32,000 nucleotides of DNA, taken from contig NC_003450.3 in NCBI RefSeq assembly GCF_000011325.1, forward strand, positions 2,190,001 through 2,222,000. Direction: 5' to 3'. Shown one piece after another: positions 11,074-20,273 of the stretch; the stretch's first letter is position 1, and each line of letters starts with the position of its first letter. The position numbers and the translations under genes were made by a program. A model generated the notes under the pieces. It worked only from the letters and a program-made list of their open reading frames with translations, had not been told where the DNA came from and ran no database searches. The DNA comes from Corynebacterium glutamicum ATCC 13032. Lineage in GTDB: Bacteria; Actinomycetota; Actinomycetes; Mycobacteriales; Mycobacteriaceae.

Positions 11074-11408
11074 TCATCTAGTTTTCTGCGACGACGGATT
11101 CGAAAAGAGACAACGGCAATGGTCAGCGCCACTCCAATGGCGATGAGGGCGAAATTAACTAGACCATAAAGCCACAGATCAAGGTCATTGAATTTCAGTG
11201 GAAGGCCCGATGGCGTCAGCCCGAAAGCCCCTTGATCTGTGGCCCCGCCGAAACCGCCGTCTCCTGCCATCCACGCCAGAAACACGGCTAGTGTCTGGAA
11301 CGTGAAGAAGATTGATTCGATCGCGAGGAAGAGCACTACAGCGCTCAACCGAGACCGAACAAAATAACCGATGAGCGCTGCCAGAATAGGGATGAACAAG
11401 ATATTCAC
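11070..11408 (-). CDS. Small integral membrane protein
   Basis: 112-aa ORF with a GTG start that has GAGGAG 6 nt upstream. It has hydrophobic helices at both ends, a Gly-rich central loop and a basic C-terminal tail (RIRRRRK). Confidence 0.6.
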   Translation of the reverse strand: MNILFIPILAALIGYFVRSRLSAVVLFLAIESIFFTFQTLAVFLAWMAGDGGFGGATDQGAFGLTPSGLPLKFNDLDLWLYGLVNFALIAIGVALTIAVVSFRIRRRRKLDD

Positions 11409-11590
11409 GAGTTTCTCCTCAGCAACGGCTGGTTTTTAACGTCCTTTTACAGCGTGCTCCACAGACAAACTGCGAACATTCCAAACCATCCAAGCGCGCC
11501 GATGATGGCGTGAAGTGCGGGAATGGGTCGTGAAAAACTAAGCACGTCTTTTGCGACAGCCACGTAACTTCCCGCTTTGGACACGCGGTG

Positions 11591-11869
11591 TCATGCACGG
11601 TAACTGGAAAACATCAGCAGATCTCCAAATACCTGACCTACCGTGATGGTTGCGAACGTCAGCCACGCAATCCACGGTTGCATGAAAACCATAAAAACCA
11701 CCCACATCACGATGCTGGTACTTTGCAGCACAATGTGAGTGGTGACTTTCTTTTCTGGAAAATCCTGTGATCGGTGTTGCCACCACTTGGCTAGCGATGC
11801 AATTCCAAGTCCTGCTGTTGCGCCAAGGAAGATGAGCACCACTCCCGCGAAGAACCCAATCGGGAACAT
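11591..11869 (-). CDS. Small integral membrane protein (possibly the N-terminal part of a TGA-interrupted gene)
   Basis: 92-aa ORF with clearly hydrophobic segments (FPIGFFAGVVLIFLGATAGLGIASL; IVMWVVFMVFMQPWIAWLTFATITV). The same frame stays open for 47 more codons after the TGA (see findings). Confidence 0.55.
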   Translation of the reverse strand: MFPIGFFAGVVLIFLGATAGLGIASLAKWWQHRSQDFPEKKVTTHIVLQSTSIVMWVVFMVFMQPWIAWLTFATITVGQVFGDLLMFSSYRA

Positions 11870-11936
11870 AGCACTAATTCTACTTTTGCCCCTTGCCCTC
11901 TGTCACCATCTAAGTCAGACAGGTGCTTAAACGCCG

Positions 11937-11970
11937 AAAGGCCGAGACACACGTAGTGTCCCGGCCTTTT
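11937..11970 (-). terminator. Intrinsic terminator downstream of malP
   Basis: On the minus strand, GGCCGGGACAC-TACGT-GTGTCTCGGCC forms an 11-bp stem with one G-U pair. It is followed by TTTCGGCGTTT and lies about 20 nt after the malP stop. Confidence 0.75.
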
Positions 11971-11988
11971 GGTAAAGCTAGTTTCGCC

Positions 11989-14541
11989 CTAGTTCTCCAA
12001 GTAGGTGATCAGGCGGGTTTCCGCTGGGCTGACCAGCATCCTGTTGTTTGGAACAACGCGGGCAGTGATGCCGTAGTTGCCTGGCAGGTCAGTGCTGACC
12101 TTTGCCGCGTAGGCGCCATCGCCGCGTGGGGTCAAAACGGTGATTTCTGGATCTTCGATGTCACCGTTGTGTCCGAGCGCACCAAAGAGTGCCTGAGCTT
12201 GGAACTCGTCGTCGTTAAGCGAACCGGAATCAACGCGAACGCTGACTTCAAGCTCCTGCGCCGTGATGGCGCTCTCGCTGATCTTCAGGTCTGAGACCTT
12301 GACGCCAGCCCACTCTGCTTTGATGTGCTCAAGCCATGCCGCGTAATCCGCTGCTTCTGCAGGCTGCGCAATGAGCTCTGCCTGGTGTTTGGTTGGGCGG
12401 TAGTACTGGGTGGTGTAGTCGCGCACCATGCGGGTGGAGGTGACCATTGGTGACAGGGTGGTCCAGGATTCGCGAACCAGGTCCAGCCAGTCCTGTGGGA
12501 TGCCGTTCTTGTCGCGCTTGTAAAACAGCGGTGCAACTTCGTTTTCCAGCAGGTCGTACAGCGCCTGGGATTCCAGGTGGTCGCGGCATTCCAAGTCCTG
12601 GGACTCAACGGTTGGGATGGTCCAGCCGGTGGTCTCCTTAGGCATTTCATCCCACCAACCATCAGAGATGGACAGGGTCAGGCCACCATTCATGACGGCC
12701 TTCATACCGGAGGTTCCCGATGCTTCCTGAGGGCGCACTGGGTTGTTCAGCCACACGTCAGCACCAGAGATCAGGTAGCTGGCCAGGTTGATGTCGTAAT
12801 CAGGCAGGAAGAGGAAACGGTCACGGACACCAGCTTGATCAGCGAAGTGGACGATTTCCTGCATGAGCTTCTTGCCACCCATGTCATGTGGGTGTGCCTT
12901 ACCAGCAATAACGAACTGAACTGGGCGTTCCTCATTAAGCAAGATGGAACGCAGGCGTTCAGGGTTGCGCAGCATCAAGGTCAAGCGCTTGTAGGTGGAT
13001 ACGCGACGTGCGAAACCAATGGTCAGCACGTTTGGATCCAGAACGCGGGAGGTCCACGCAAGTTCTGCTTCGGTGTGTCCACGGTGAGACCAGGACTTTG
13101 CAGTTGCAGCGCGAGCAACCTCCACTAGGTCAGCACGGAACTTGTTGCGCACCTTCCAGATCTTCTCAGACTCGACAGCCTGTGGGTTTGACCAAGAATC
13201 AGCAACCGCAAGATCAGCGCCGCCAGTGACGCGATCGATGAGTTCCTTCATCTCTGGCTTGACCCACGTCGGCAGGTGAACACCGTTGGTGACGTGCCCG
13301 ATGGGCACTTCACGAGGCTCATATCCGGGGTACAGGCCGGCGAACATGTCACGGCTTACTTCACCATGAAGCTTTGCGACGCCATTAGCATGTTGGCTCG
13401 CGCGAAGGCCCATATGAGCCATGTTGAAGCGGTGTGGATCGGACTCTTGACCAAGCTCAAGTGCCTTCTCAATTGGAACACCAACGCACAGCTGCTGATC
13501 TTCTGGCTGACCGCCACCGAGATAACGACGCACCATCTCCATGTCGAAGCGGTCGATGCCTGCTGGGACTGGGGTGTGGGTGGTGAAGATGTTGGACGCA
13601 CGAACCTGCTCGAATGCTGCTGGGTACTCCATGCCCTCTGCGATGCGCTCGCGGATACGCTCCAGGGTCAGGAAACCTGCGTGGCCTTCGTTGAGGTGTG
13701 CAACAGATGAGCGCTTCAGACCACGAGCTTCGCAGAATGCGTTGACAGCGCGGACGCCACCAACACCGAGAACGAGTTCCTGCTTGATGCGGTGCTCATT
13801 GTCGCCACCGTACAGGCGGTCAGTAACGTTGCGGAGCTCTTCTGGGTTTGCCTCGATGTTGGTATCAAGCAGCAGCAATGGGATGCGGCCAACGTTTGCT
13901 ACCCACAGTGCAATCTTTACTTCCTGCGCACCTGGGTAGGTGACAGAAACAGTGACCTGCTCGCCGTTCTTATCTTTAACTGCCTCAATCGGCAGTTCTG
14001 CTGGATCGTGGTACTTGTACTCTTCCTGCTGCCAACCGTCACCGGACAGTGACTGGGTGAAGTAGCCGTGGGTGTAGAGCAAACCAACACCGATCAGTGG
14101 CACACCCAAGTCAGATGCAGACTTCATGTTCTCGCCCGCAAGCACACCAAGTCCGCCAGAGTAGATTGGCAGGCTTGGGTGAATGCCAAACTCCATGGAG
14201 AAGTACGCAACGAGTGGATCTCCGACAGCATCGGTTGCATCTGCGGTGTCCTGGTACCACAGCTTGTCGCTGAGGTATTCGCTGAGGTTTTGCTCCTCGG
14301 CGTTGACTCGACCTAGGTACTCATCATCGCCTGCGAGGAACTGCAAACGAGTTGCTGGTGCCTGGAGAAGCATCTGCTTAGGATCTTCGTCGAGCTGTTC
14401 CCACAATTCTGGGTCGATGTCGCGGAAAAGCTGCTTTGCTTCCTCACGCCATGACCAGCGCAGATTATGCGCCAGCTTCACGAGTGGCTGGAGTTGAGTT
14501 GGGAGCTGATTCTTGAACTGTACTGTGCCTACTGGTTTCAA
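11989..14541 (-). CDS. malP: Alpha-glucan (maltodextrin/glycogen) phosphorylase
   Basis: 850-aa ORF. The N-terminal LRWSW motif is characteristic of the actinobacterial alpha-glucan phosphorylase class. The GT35 body includes the EASGTSGMKAVMNG pyridoxal-phosphate lysine region. The start is TTG (14541). Size and position match my recollection of C. glutamicum MalP. Confidence 0.9.
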   Translation of the reverse strand: MKPVGTVQFKNQLPTQLQPLVKLAHNLRWSWREEAKQLFRDIDPELWEQLDEDPKQMLLQAPATRLQFLAGDDEYLGRVNAEEQNLSEYLSDKLWYQDTADATDAVGDPLVAYFSMEFGIHPSLPIYSGGLGVLAGENMKSASDLGVPLIGVGLLYTHGYFTQSLSGDGWQQEEYKYHDPAELPIEAVKDKNGEQVTVSVTYPGAQEVKIALWVANVGRIPLLLLDTNIEANPEELRNVTDRLYGGDNEHRIKQELVLGVGGVRAVNAFCEARGLKRSSVAHLNEGHAGFLTLERIRERIAEGMEYPAAFEQVRASNIFTTHTPVPAGIDRFDMEMVRRYLGGGQPEDQQLCVGVPIEKALELGQESDPHRFNMAHMGLRASQHANGVAKLHGEVSRDMFAGLYPGYEPREVPIGHVTNGVHLPTWVKPEMKELIDRVTGGADLAVADSWSNPQAVESEKIWKVRNKFRADLVEVARAATAKSWSHRGHTEAELAWTSRVLDPNVLTIGFARRVSTYKRLTLMLRNPERLRSILLNEERPVQFVIAGKAHPHDMGGKKLMQEIVHFADQAGVRDRFLFLPDYDINLASYLISGADVWLNNPVRPQEASGTSGMKAVMNGGLTLSISDGWWDEMPKETTGWTIPTVESQDLECRDHLESQALYDLLENEVAPLFYKRDKNGIPQDWLDLVRESWTTLSPMVTSTRMVRDYTTQYYRPTKHQAELIAQPAEAADYAAWLEHIKAEWAGVKVSDLKISESAITAQELEVSVRVDSGSLNDDEFQAQALFGALGHNGDIEDPEITVLTPRGDGAYAAKVSTDLPGNYGITARVVPNNRMLVSPAETRLITYLEN

Positions 14542-14587
14542 AGCCCTAAACTAAGCCTAAGATTGGGGTTCCTGCTACCAGAATGAG

Positions 14588-15490
14588 TTATCGGTTCAGA
14601 AGTTCATCTGTTGAGACACCCGGAAGTGAAACGGTGATGTGCGTTCCCCATGGATCACGGGTCACAACAGAGGTGCCGTTGTCAAAGAATTCCTCCCCCT
14701 TTAGGCGTGAGACCAGCATGTCCAGATCCTCACGGACTGGAACGATCACTGCTACATCAGCAAGACCCAAGGTTGCTGCGCGTGGACCTGCACCTGCTGA
14801 GTTCCAGGTGTTCATGGCCACATGGTGGTGATATCCACCTGCGGAGGCAAACAGTGCATTGGGGATTGATGTGGTGGCATCAAAACCAATCTTGTCCACA
14901 TAGAATTGACGGGCTCGCTCGACGTTGCCTACCTGAAGGTGAACGTGTCCGATGCTCGCAGGGAGAATAGCGGTGTTGTTCAAAACGGTTTCGCTGAGAT
15001 GACTCTGAAGGTACTGGTTTGGATCCAAGTAGATGGTGTCCATGCGGACATCGCCGTTGTCTGCATACTTCCATGCACTTCGAGGGCGGTCAACATAGAG
15101 CTCAATGCCGTTTCCCTCAGGATCGGTGAAGTAAAAAGCTTCAGAGACTAGGTGATCTGAAGAACCCACAAAACGTGAGCGTGATTCTTGCGCTGCGCGG
15201 TAAACGGTGGCAGCCAAGCTCTCTTGGGTATCGAAGAGGAAAGCGGTGTGATAAAGGCCAGCTTGACGAGGATCTACCGCAGGAAGACCTGGGGTAGAAA
15301 TCAGGCGAAGCAGTGGGGTGCCATTGCGACCGAGTACACGGTGAACTTCTTTTCCGTGAACTTTTTCTTCCATTGGTTCAACGCTAAGGATTGAAGAGTA
15401 GTAACTAGTCATACCCTCTAGGTCGCCGACGCGAAGGCTAACTGCATCCATGAAGGTGTCGCTATTGATGCTCTGCTCAAGAAGTGCCAT
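14588..15490 (-). CDS. Two-domain VOC (glyoxalase / extradiol dioxygenase-like) family protein
   Basis: 300-aa ORF made of two repeated beta-alpha-beta-beta-beta-type modules (the GIELY and IGHVHLQVGNVERARQFY segments are typical VOC motifs). Only 46 nt separate it from malP, with no hairpin between them. Confidence 0.75.
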   Translation of the reverse strand: MALLEQSINSDTFMDAVSLRVGDLEGMTSYYSSILSVEPMEEKVHGKEVHRVLGRNGTPLLRLISTPGLPAVDPRQAGLYHTAFLFDTQESLAATVYRAAQESRSRFVGSSDHLVSEAFYFTDPEGNGIELYVDRPRSAWKYADNGDVRMDTIYLDPNQYLQSHLSETVLNNTAILPASIGHVHLQVGNVERARQFYVDKIGFDATTSIPNALFASAGGYHHHVAMNTWNSAGAGPRAATLGLADVAVIVPVREDLDMLVSRLKGEEFFDNGTSVVTRDPWGTHITVSLPGVSTDELLNR

Positions 15491-15608
15491 GGTGTTTCAT
15501 CCTTTAAGTGTTGGTGGCTGTTTTGCTGTTGAACACCATTGTTCACCAATTTACTTTCCGTGTCAAGTAAATTCTTAAATGAGGCGGATTTCCCCTGCCC
15601 TAGCCACG

Positions 15609-15649
15609 AAAAATGCGCTGACACCACGTACAGTGTCAACGCATTTTTT
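15609..15649 (-). terminator. Intrinsic terminator downstream of pyk
   Basis: On the minus strand, AAAAAATGCGTTGACAC-TGTACG-GTGTCAGCGCATTTTT forms a long stem (one G-U pair) with a U-run. It lies about 15 nt after the pyk stop. Confidence 0.85.
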
Positions 15650-15664
15650 GAAAGATTTAAGCGA

Positions 15665-17098
15665 TTAGAGCTTTGCAATCCTTGTGTCGTCACCAAGAAG
15701 GTGGACGTGAATCATGTTGGTGTTACCGGTAACACCAGGAGGGGAACCTGCAACAACAACCATCATGTCACCCTTGTTGTACTCAGGCATTGCTAAAAGA
15801 GCACGGTCGACTTCGCGCATCATGTCATCGGTATCGCTGACAGGTGGACACAGGAAGGTGGTTGCACCCCAGGTCAGCGCCAGCTCAGAGCGAACTGCCT
15901 CATTTGGAGTGAACACGAGCAGTGGCAGGTGGCTGTGCAGACGAGCCACACGCTTTGCGGTATCACCAGAGGTGGTGAACGCAACCAATGCACGAGCGTT
16001 GAGGCGCTCGGCGATATCACGTGCAGAGTAGGAAATAACGCCACGCTTAGTGCGAGGGATGTGGGTCAGGTCTGGGACGCGACCGTCGGTTTCAGCGAAG
16101 CGAACAATGCGAGACATGGTGCGCACAACGTTGTGCGGATCTTTGCCCACTGAAGTTTCACCAGAAAGCATGACAGCATCTGCGCCATCGAGCACAGCGT
16201 TTGCCACGTCAGAAGCTTCCGCACGGGTTGGGCGGGAGTTCTCAATCATGGAATCCAGCATCTGGGTTGCCACGATAACTGGCTTTGCGTTCTCACGGGC
16301 AATCTGGATTGCGCGCTTCTGAACCAGTGGAACCTCCTCCAGAGGAACCTCAACGCCGAGGTCACCACGAGCAACCATGACGGCGTCGAATGCCAACACG
16401 ATTGGCTCGAGGGAGGTGACAGCCTCTGGCTTTTCCAGCTTGGCGATCACAGGAACACGACGACCTTCTTCGTCCATGATCTTGTGAACGAGTTCAGCAT
16501 CTGCTGGGGAACGTACGAAGGACAGTGCAATAAAGTCCACGCCGAGCTTCAGGGCGAAGCGCAGGTCACGGATATCCTTTTCGGACAGTGCAGGTACGGA
16601 AATATCCATACCTGGCAGGGAAACACCCTTGTTGTTGGAGACTGGTCCGCCCTCAACAACCTCACAGATGACGTCGTTACCTTCGACGGAAACGCAGACG
16701 AGGCCAACCTTGCCGTCATCAACGAGCAGGCGGTCGCCTGGCTTCGCGTCTTTTGCCAGATTCTTGTAGGTGGTGGACACACGATCGTGCGTTCCCTCTA
16801 CATCGTCAACGGTGATCCGAATGGTCTCGCCGTTTTCCCACACGGTTGCGCCGTCAGTGAAACGGCCAAGACGGATCTTCGGTCCTTGGAGGTCTGCGAG
16901 AATACCGACTGCACGGCCAGTCTTCTCCGCCGCCTCGCGGACCCACTTGTAGTTTTGCTCATGATCTGGGTGGTCACCATGGGAGAAGTTGAGGCGAGCA
17001 ACATCCATGCCGTCTTCTACCAAACGCAGAATTCCATCTGCACTAGCCACCGCTGGGCCTAGGGTACATACAATCTTAGTTCGTCTATCCACGCCCAT
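15665..17098 (-). CDS. pyk: Pyruvate kinase
   Basis: 477-aa ORF with textbook pyruvate kinase sequence (RTKIVCTLGP, NFSHG, MVARGDLGVE, and the C-terminal allosteric domain). Confidence 0.97.
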   Translation of the reverse strand: MGVDRRTKIVCTLGPAVASADGILRLVEDGMDVARLNFSHGDHPDHEQNYKWVREAAEKTGRAVGILADLQGPKIRLGRFTDGATVWENGETIRITVDDVEGTHDRVSTTYKNLAKDAKPGDRLLVDDGKVGLVCVSVEGNDVICEVVEGGPVSNNKGVSLPGMDISVPALSEKDIRDLRFALKLGVDFIALSFVRSPADAELVHKIMDEEGRRVPVIAKLEKPEAVTSLEPIVLAFDAVMVARGDLGVEVPLEEVPLVQKRAIQIARENAKPVIVATQMLDSMIENSRPTRAEASDVANAVLDGADAVMLSGETSVGKDPHNVVRTMSRIVRFAETDGRVPDLTHIPRTKRGVISYSARDIAERLNARALVAFTTSGDTAKRVARLHSHLPLLVFTPNEAVRSELALTWGATTFLCPPVSDTDDMMREVDRALLAMPEYNKGDMMVVVAGSPPGVTGNTNMIHVHLLGDDTRIAKL

Positions 17099-17213
17099 AA
17101 GCCTAGTACGTCATTCCCCCTCAAGCCACAGGTACTACCATTAATTCTCGATGAATCTTGCGACCCAGAGTGTGAACAGACAATGTTCTACGCCTCTGAC
17201 GTGCTTAAATCAG

Positions 17214-17255
17214 AAAAAACCGGGCACCCACAAAACAATTCGGGCACTCGGTTTT
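17214..17255 (-). terminator. Probable intrinsic terminator downstream of lgt
   Basis: On the minus strand, AACCGAGUGCCC-loop-GGGUGCCCGGUU pairs with one mismatch and two G-U pairs. It is followed by UUUUUUCUG and lies about 45 nt after the lgt stop. Confidence 0.55.
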
Positions 17256-17298
17256 TCTACCAAAAACATCTCAGCCAGGTCAGGCCTATGGTTGAAAC

Positions 17299-18258
17299 CT
17301 ATCGCGTTGAGGGCGTTTCTCCATCAATGCCCTCCCCTGCTTTCGGCAAGGGTTTTCCATCCGGCGAAGCTACAGCATCTGCTGCAACAGACGCTGCGAA
17401 AGTCGGATCTACCTCTTCGGGAGTTTCCCTACCCTTCTTCAACAGGAAGAACACGATGATCGCGCCGGCAAACACTACTGCGGAGACGATGGTGTTGATT
17501 CGGATGCCGCCAATAAGCGTGGCTTCATCAACGCGCATTTGTTCAATCCAGAAACGGCCCAAGGTATAACCAGCTACGTAGAGTGCAAATACTCGGCCAT
17601 GTCCCAGCTTGAATCGCTTGTCAGCCCACATCAACAAAGCGAAGATCAGTAGGTTCCACAACAGTTCATAGAGGAATGTTGGATGAACAGTAGCCATTAC
17701 TTCACCGGTGGATGTTCCTGTCACCGGTGCGAATTTTCCATTTTCATCTACCCGATAGTAGATTTCCAAAGCCCATGGAACGGTAGTTTCTGCACCGTAG
17801 AGCTCCTGGTTAAACCAGTTGCCCAGACGACCAATTCCCTGCGCCAGGATAACTGCAGGTGCCACGGCATCTGCGAAAGGTGCAAGAGGAAGCTTTTTGT
17901 ACCGGAAGAATACGGCCACTGCCAGGCCACCGAGGATCACTGCACCCCAGATGCCCAGACCACCGTTGGTGATTTTGAAGGCGTCGACGGGGTTACAGGT
18001 ATCGCAGAAGTACTTTTGGTTGTCGGTAATGACGTGATAAATGCGTCCACCGATGATTCCGGCAGGAACTGCCACGATCGCTGCATCAAGGACGATTTCA
18101 GGGTTTCCACCGCGGGCGGCGTAGCGCTTTCTCGTCAGCCAAATGGCAACAATAATGCCAGCGATGATGCACATCGCATAGGCCCTAATCGGAATGGGAC
18201 CCAAGTACCACACACCCTGCGGTGGTGAGGGAATCGTGGCCAAAGTCATGACATCCAC
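17299..18258 (-). CDS. lgt: Prolipoprotein (phosphatidylglycerol) diacylglyceryl transferase
   Basis: Lgt family pattern: [20 protein letters not shown] at the N-terminus, [20 protein letters not shown] and multiple TM helices. The hydrophilic C-terminal extension is typical of actinobacteria. The start is either GTG 18258 or ATG 18249 ([10 protein letters not shown]). Confidence 0.92.
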   Translation of the reverse strand: MDVMTLATIPSPPQGVWYLGPIPIRAYAMCIIAGIIVAIWLTRKRYAARGGNPEIVLDAAIVAVPAGIIGGRIYHVITDNQKYFCDTCNPVDAFKITNGGLGIWGAVILGGLAVAVFFRYKKLPLAPFADAVAPAVILAQGIGRLGNWFNQELYGAETTVPWALEIYYRVDENGKFAPVTGTSTGEVMATVHPTFLYELLWNLLIFALLMWADKRFKLGHGRVFALYVAGYTLGRFWIEQMRVDEATLIGGIRINTIVSAVVFAGAIIVFFLLKKGRETPEEVDPTFAASVAADAVASPDGKPLPKAGEGIDGETPSTR

Positions 18259-18363
18259 AACAACGTAAACCTAACAGTCAGGCGACAAGTAATGCACTTC
18301 AATCTAGCAAGACTTGTCCGCCCACCGCCCGCTACCCCGGTCAGCTGACCACAGAGCACCTCT

Positions 18364-19149
18364 TCAACGCGATGGGCACGCTGGATGCATACCTGCTGTC
18401 ACAAGAGATTTTGTGGTGGCGAGGTCTGCATGTGGAACAAAGATGGCGTCTGCAGAATGTCGTGCAAACCGCATGAGTTCTTTAGGGCTGCTGCAACCTC
18501 CGAGCACAATGCGGGCTACCTCTTTGGGCATGAATTGGGTGATACCCGAAAACGCTTCAGGCAAAGTGAGTGAGCCGGTATAACCAGTAATATCAATTGC
18601 TACCACTGTCGCTCCTGCGTCCACTGCACGATGCGCTTCTTCGTGGTTTCGCACAGACACGATGGCTGTCATGCCCAATGATTCGGTGCGGTCCACCAAA
18701 GATTCCAGTCGAGCTTGTTCCATCGCCCATACGGGGAATTGAAGAGCGTCGATGCCCATGACGCGGGCTTCGTGGATTTGATACGGATCGATGATGGGAT
18801 CATGAAGCAGAATGGGAATGTCTACTTCAGATTTGATGTCCCTGATATCGCGTACTGCGGTATCAAACTGTCCCCTGCGCACCGTATATGCAAGCATTGA
18901 TGCGCCAAAACCCGCAACCTGTGCAGCGTAGTCCACATGATCCGAATGATCAGACCAATTGGATGCAAAACGATCAAAGGCGACTACGACATTACATCCA
19001 GACGAAAAAAAGACTGAAGCAATATCGAAAGCCGCCGTGAGACCTGCTGATCGAGATTTAGTTTTGACTTCTTGAAAACCAAGCGTTGCTTCCCGAGCCG
19101 ATATTTCCGCAGCGATTTCCATCAACATGCGGTTCTCTGTTGCAACCAT
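18364..19149 (-). CDS. TrpC (indole-3-glycerol-phosphate synthase)-like TIM-barrel protein lacking the canonical catalytic motifs
   Basis: Clear IGPS-family similarity (IDPYQIHEAR, LVDRTESLGMTAIVSV, C-terminal LVTAGMHPACP). The start is set at ATG 19149 (MVATENR), 8 nt after GGAGG; the longest ORF starts at 19167. The catalytic motifs are replaced (see findings). Confidence 0.8.
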   Translation of the reverse strand: MVATENRMLMEIAAEISAREATLGFQEVKTKSRSAGLTAAFDIASVFFSSGCNVVVAFDRFASNWSDHSDHVDYAAQVAGFGASMLAYTVRRGQFDTAVRDIRDIKSEVDIPILLHDPIIDPYQIHEARVMGIDALQFPVWAMEQARLESLVDRTESLGMTAIVSVRNHEEAHRAVDAGATVVAIDITGYTGSLTLPEAFSGITQFMPKEVARIVLGGCSSPKELMRFARHSADAIFVPHADLATTKSLVTAGMHPACPSR

Positions 19150-19228
19150 GCCCCAACCTCCTTCCAACCAATGCTGTGTTTAAGGTTATCCCGAACACAC
19201 ATGGCGAAAGAAATCAGGGTGCCACACC

Positions 19229-19888
19229 CTAGCTTTGACCTGGGGTTTCTTTGGATTTCTGAGTCTTCTCGGTGAAGTCAATGTCTTCATCGAGTGCGTC
19301 CCACATCACACGACCGGAGTCTGGATCTTGGGCCAAATCGGTGTGGATTTTCTCAGCGCGAGCCTGTTTACGCTCATACTGATTGCTTTTCGCTGTGTCC
19401 TCGCCAGGGCGCATGGCAAGGACAACGCCACCGACTAGGGCTAGCGCGCAGCCAATCATGGCTACCACTGCCGCCAGTGGATGGGTGGTGGTATTGATGA
19501 TCTCCGCCCAATCAGACAGCAGGGTTCCGGAATTAGCCTTCTGTGAGGCCACACCGGAGGTCAGCAGGGTTCGGGCCCGTTCTGCGTCTGGGTCTTGGGT
19601 GAGAAGCGCGAGTGGAGACAGGCTGGCACCCACCGCGATCAGCGCCGAAATACCACCAATGATGCGCCGACCCATGCGCTTGAGCACCAACGCGGCGGCG
19701 AAGGCAGCGAGCAAAGCAAGTGCAAGCGCCATGATTTCTGTAGACCAGGTTGCACCCACAATAGATTGGGTGACACTACCTGATTTATCGTCGAAAGCCT
19801 CGATGGTTACCCAGTTCATGCGTGAGCTGATCCAGACAACCAGGGCGCCAGCTCCAATGCCTAATGCTGACAGCACGCGTGGCTTCAT
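19229..19888 (-). CDS. Trp-operon-associated conserved membrane protein (Rv1610-like)
   Basis: 219-aa ORF with four or more TM helices and a hydrophilic tail. Its position between hisI and the trpC-like gene mirrors the mycobacterial trpE-Rv1610-trpC arrangement as I remember it. Confidence 0.7.
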   Translation of the reverse strand: MKPRVLSALGIGAGALVVWISSRMNWVTIEAFDDKSGSVTQSIVGATWSTEIMALALALLAAFAAALVLKRMGRRIIGGISALIAVGASLSPLALLTQDPDAERARTLLTSGVASQKANSGTLLSDWAEIINTTTHPLAAVVAMIGCALALVGGVVLAMRPGEDTAKSNQYERKQARAEKIHTDLAQDPDSGRVMWDALDEDIDFTEKTQKSKETPGQS

Positions 19889-19916
19889 AAGATTTCTTCC
19901 TTAATCGTTGTTGCTT

Positions 19917-20273
19917 TTACAGCAAAACGTCATTGTCGAAACATGTGTGGGCACCAGTGTGGCACGCACCGCCGGTTTGTTTCACGGTCAGAAGGACGGT
20001 GTCGCCGTCGCAGTCGAGGGCAAGTCCGGTGACTTCTTGGACGTTTCCAGAGGTCAGGCCCTTGATCCAGTACTCGTTGCGGGACCTAGAAAAATAGGTT
20101 CCACGGCGGGTCGCCAAAGTATAGGCTAGCGCGTGGGTATCCATCCAGGCCATCATGAGGACCTCGTTGGTCCCGTCGGCCTGGACGATTGCCGGCACCA
20201 GGCCGGCGTCGTTAAGCTTTAATCGCTTTTCGACGTCCCAATCCAGCTCATACTCTTGTGGATTGTCACTCAT
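19917..20273 (-). CDS. hisI: Phosphoribosyl-AMP cyclohydrolase
   Basis: 118-aa monofunctional HisI (AIVQD..., MMAWMD, C-terminal CHTGxxxCF zinc motif). An ATGA overlap links it to the hisF stop (20270..20273). Confidence 0.95.
   Translation of the reverse strand: MSDNPQEYELDWDVEKRLKLNDAGLVPAIVQADGTNEVLMMAWMDTHALAYTLATRRGTYFSRSRNEYWIKGLTSGNVQEVTGLALDCDGDTVLLTVKQTGGACHTGAHTCFDNDVLL

Noticed and set aside
11923-12294. 123-aa plus-strand ORF
   Set aside because: It starts inside the malP terminator hairpin and runs antisense through the malP 3' end. It has no RBS and no family resemblance.
18339-18350. Perfect 12-bp palindrome GGTCAGCTGACC between the trpC-like gene and lgt
   Set aside because: It has no loop, so it is not a terminator. 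It could be an operator, but a single short palindrome containing a PvuII-type site has no supporting context and is too weak to call.
19383-19904. 173-aa plus-strand ORF
   Set aside because: Antisense to the Trp-operon-type membrane protein. It is Ala/Ser/Arg-rich low-complexity sequence of the kind produced opposite Ala/Leu-rich membrane genes.
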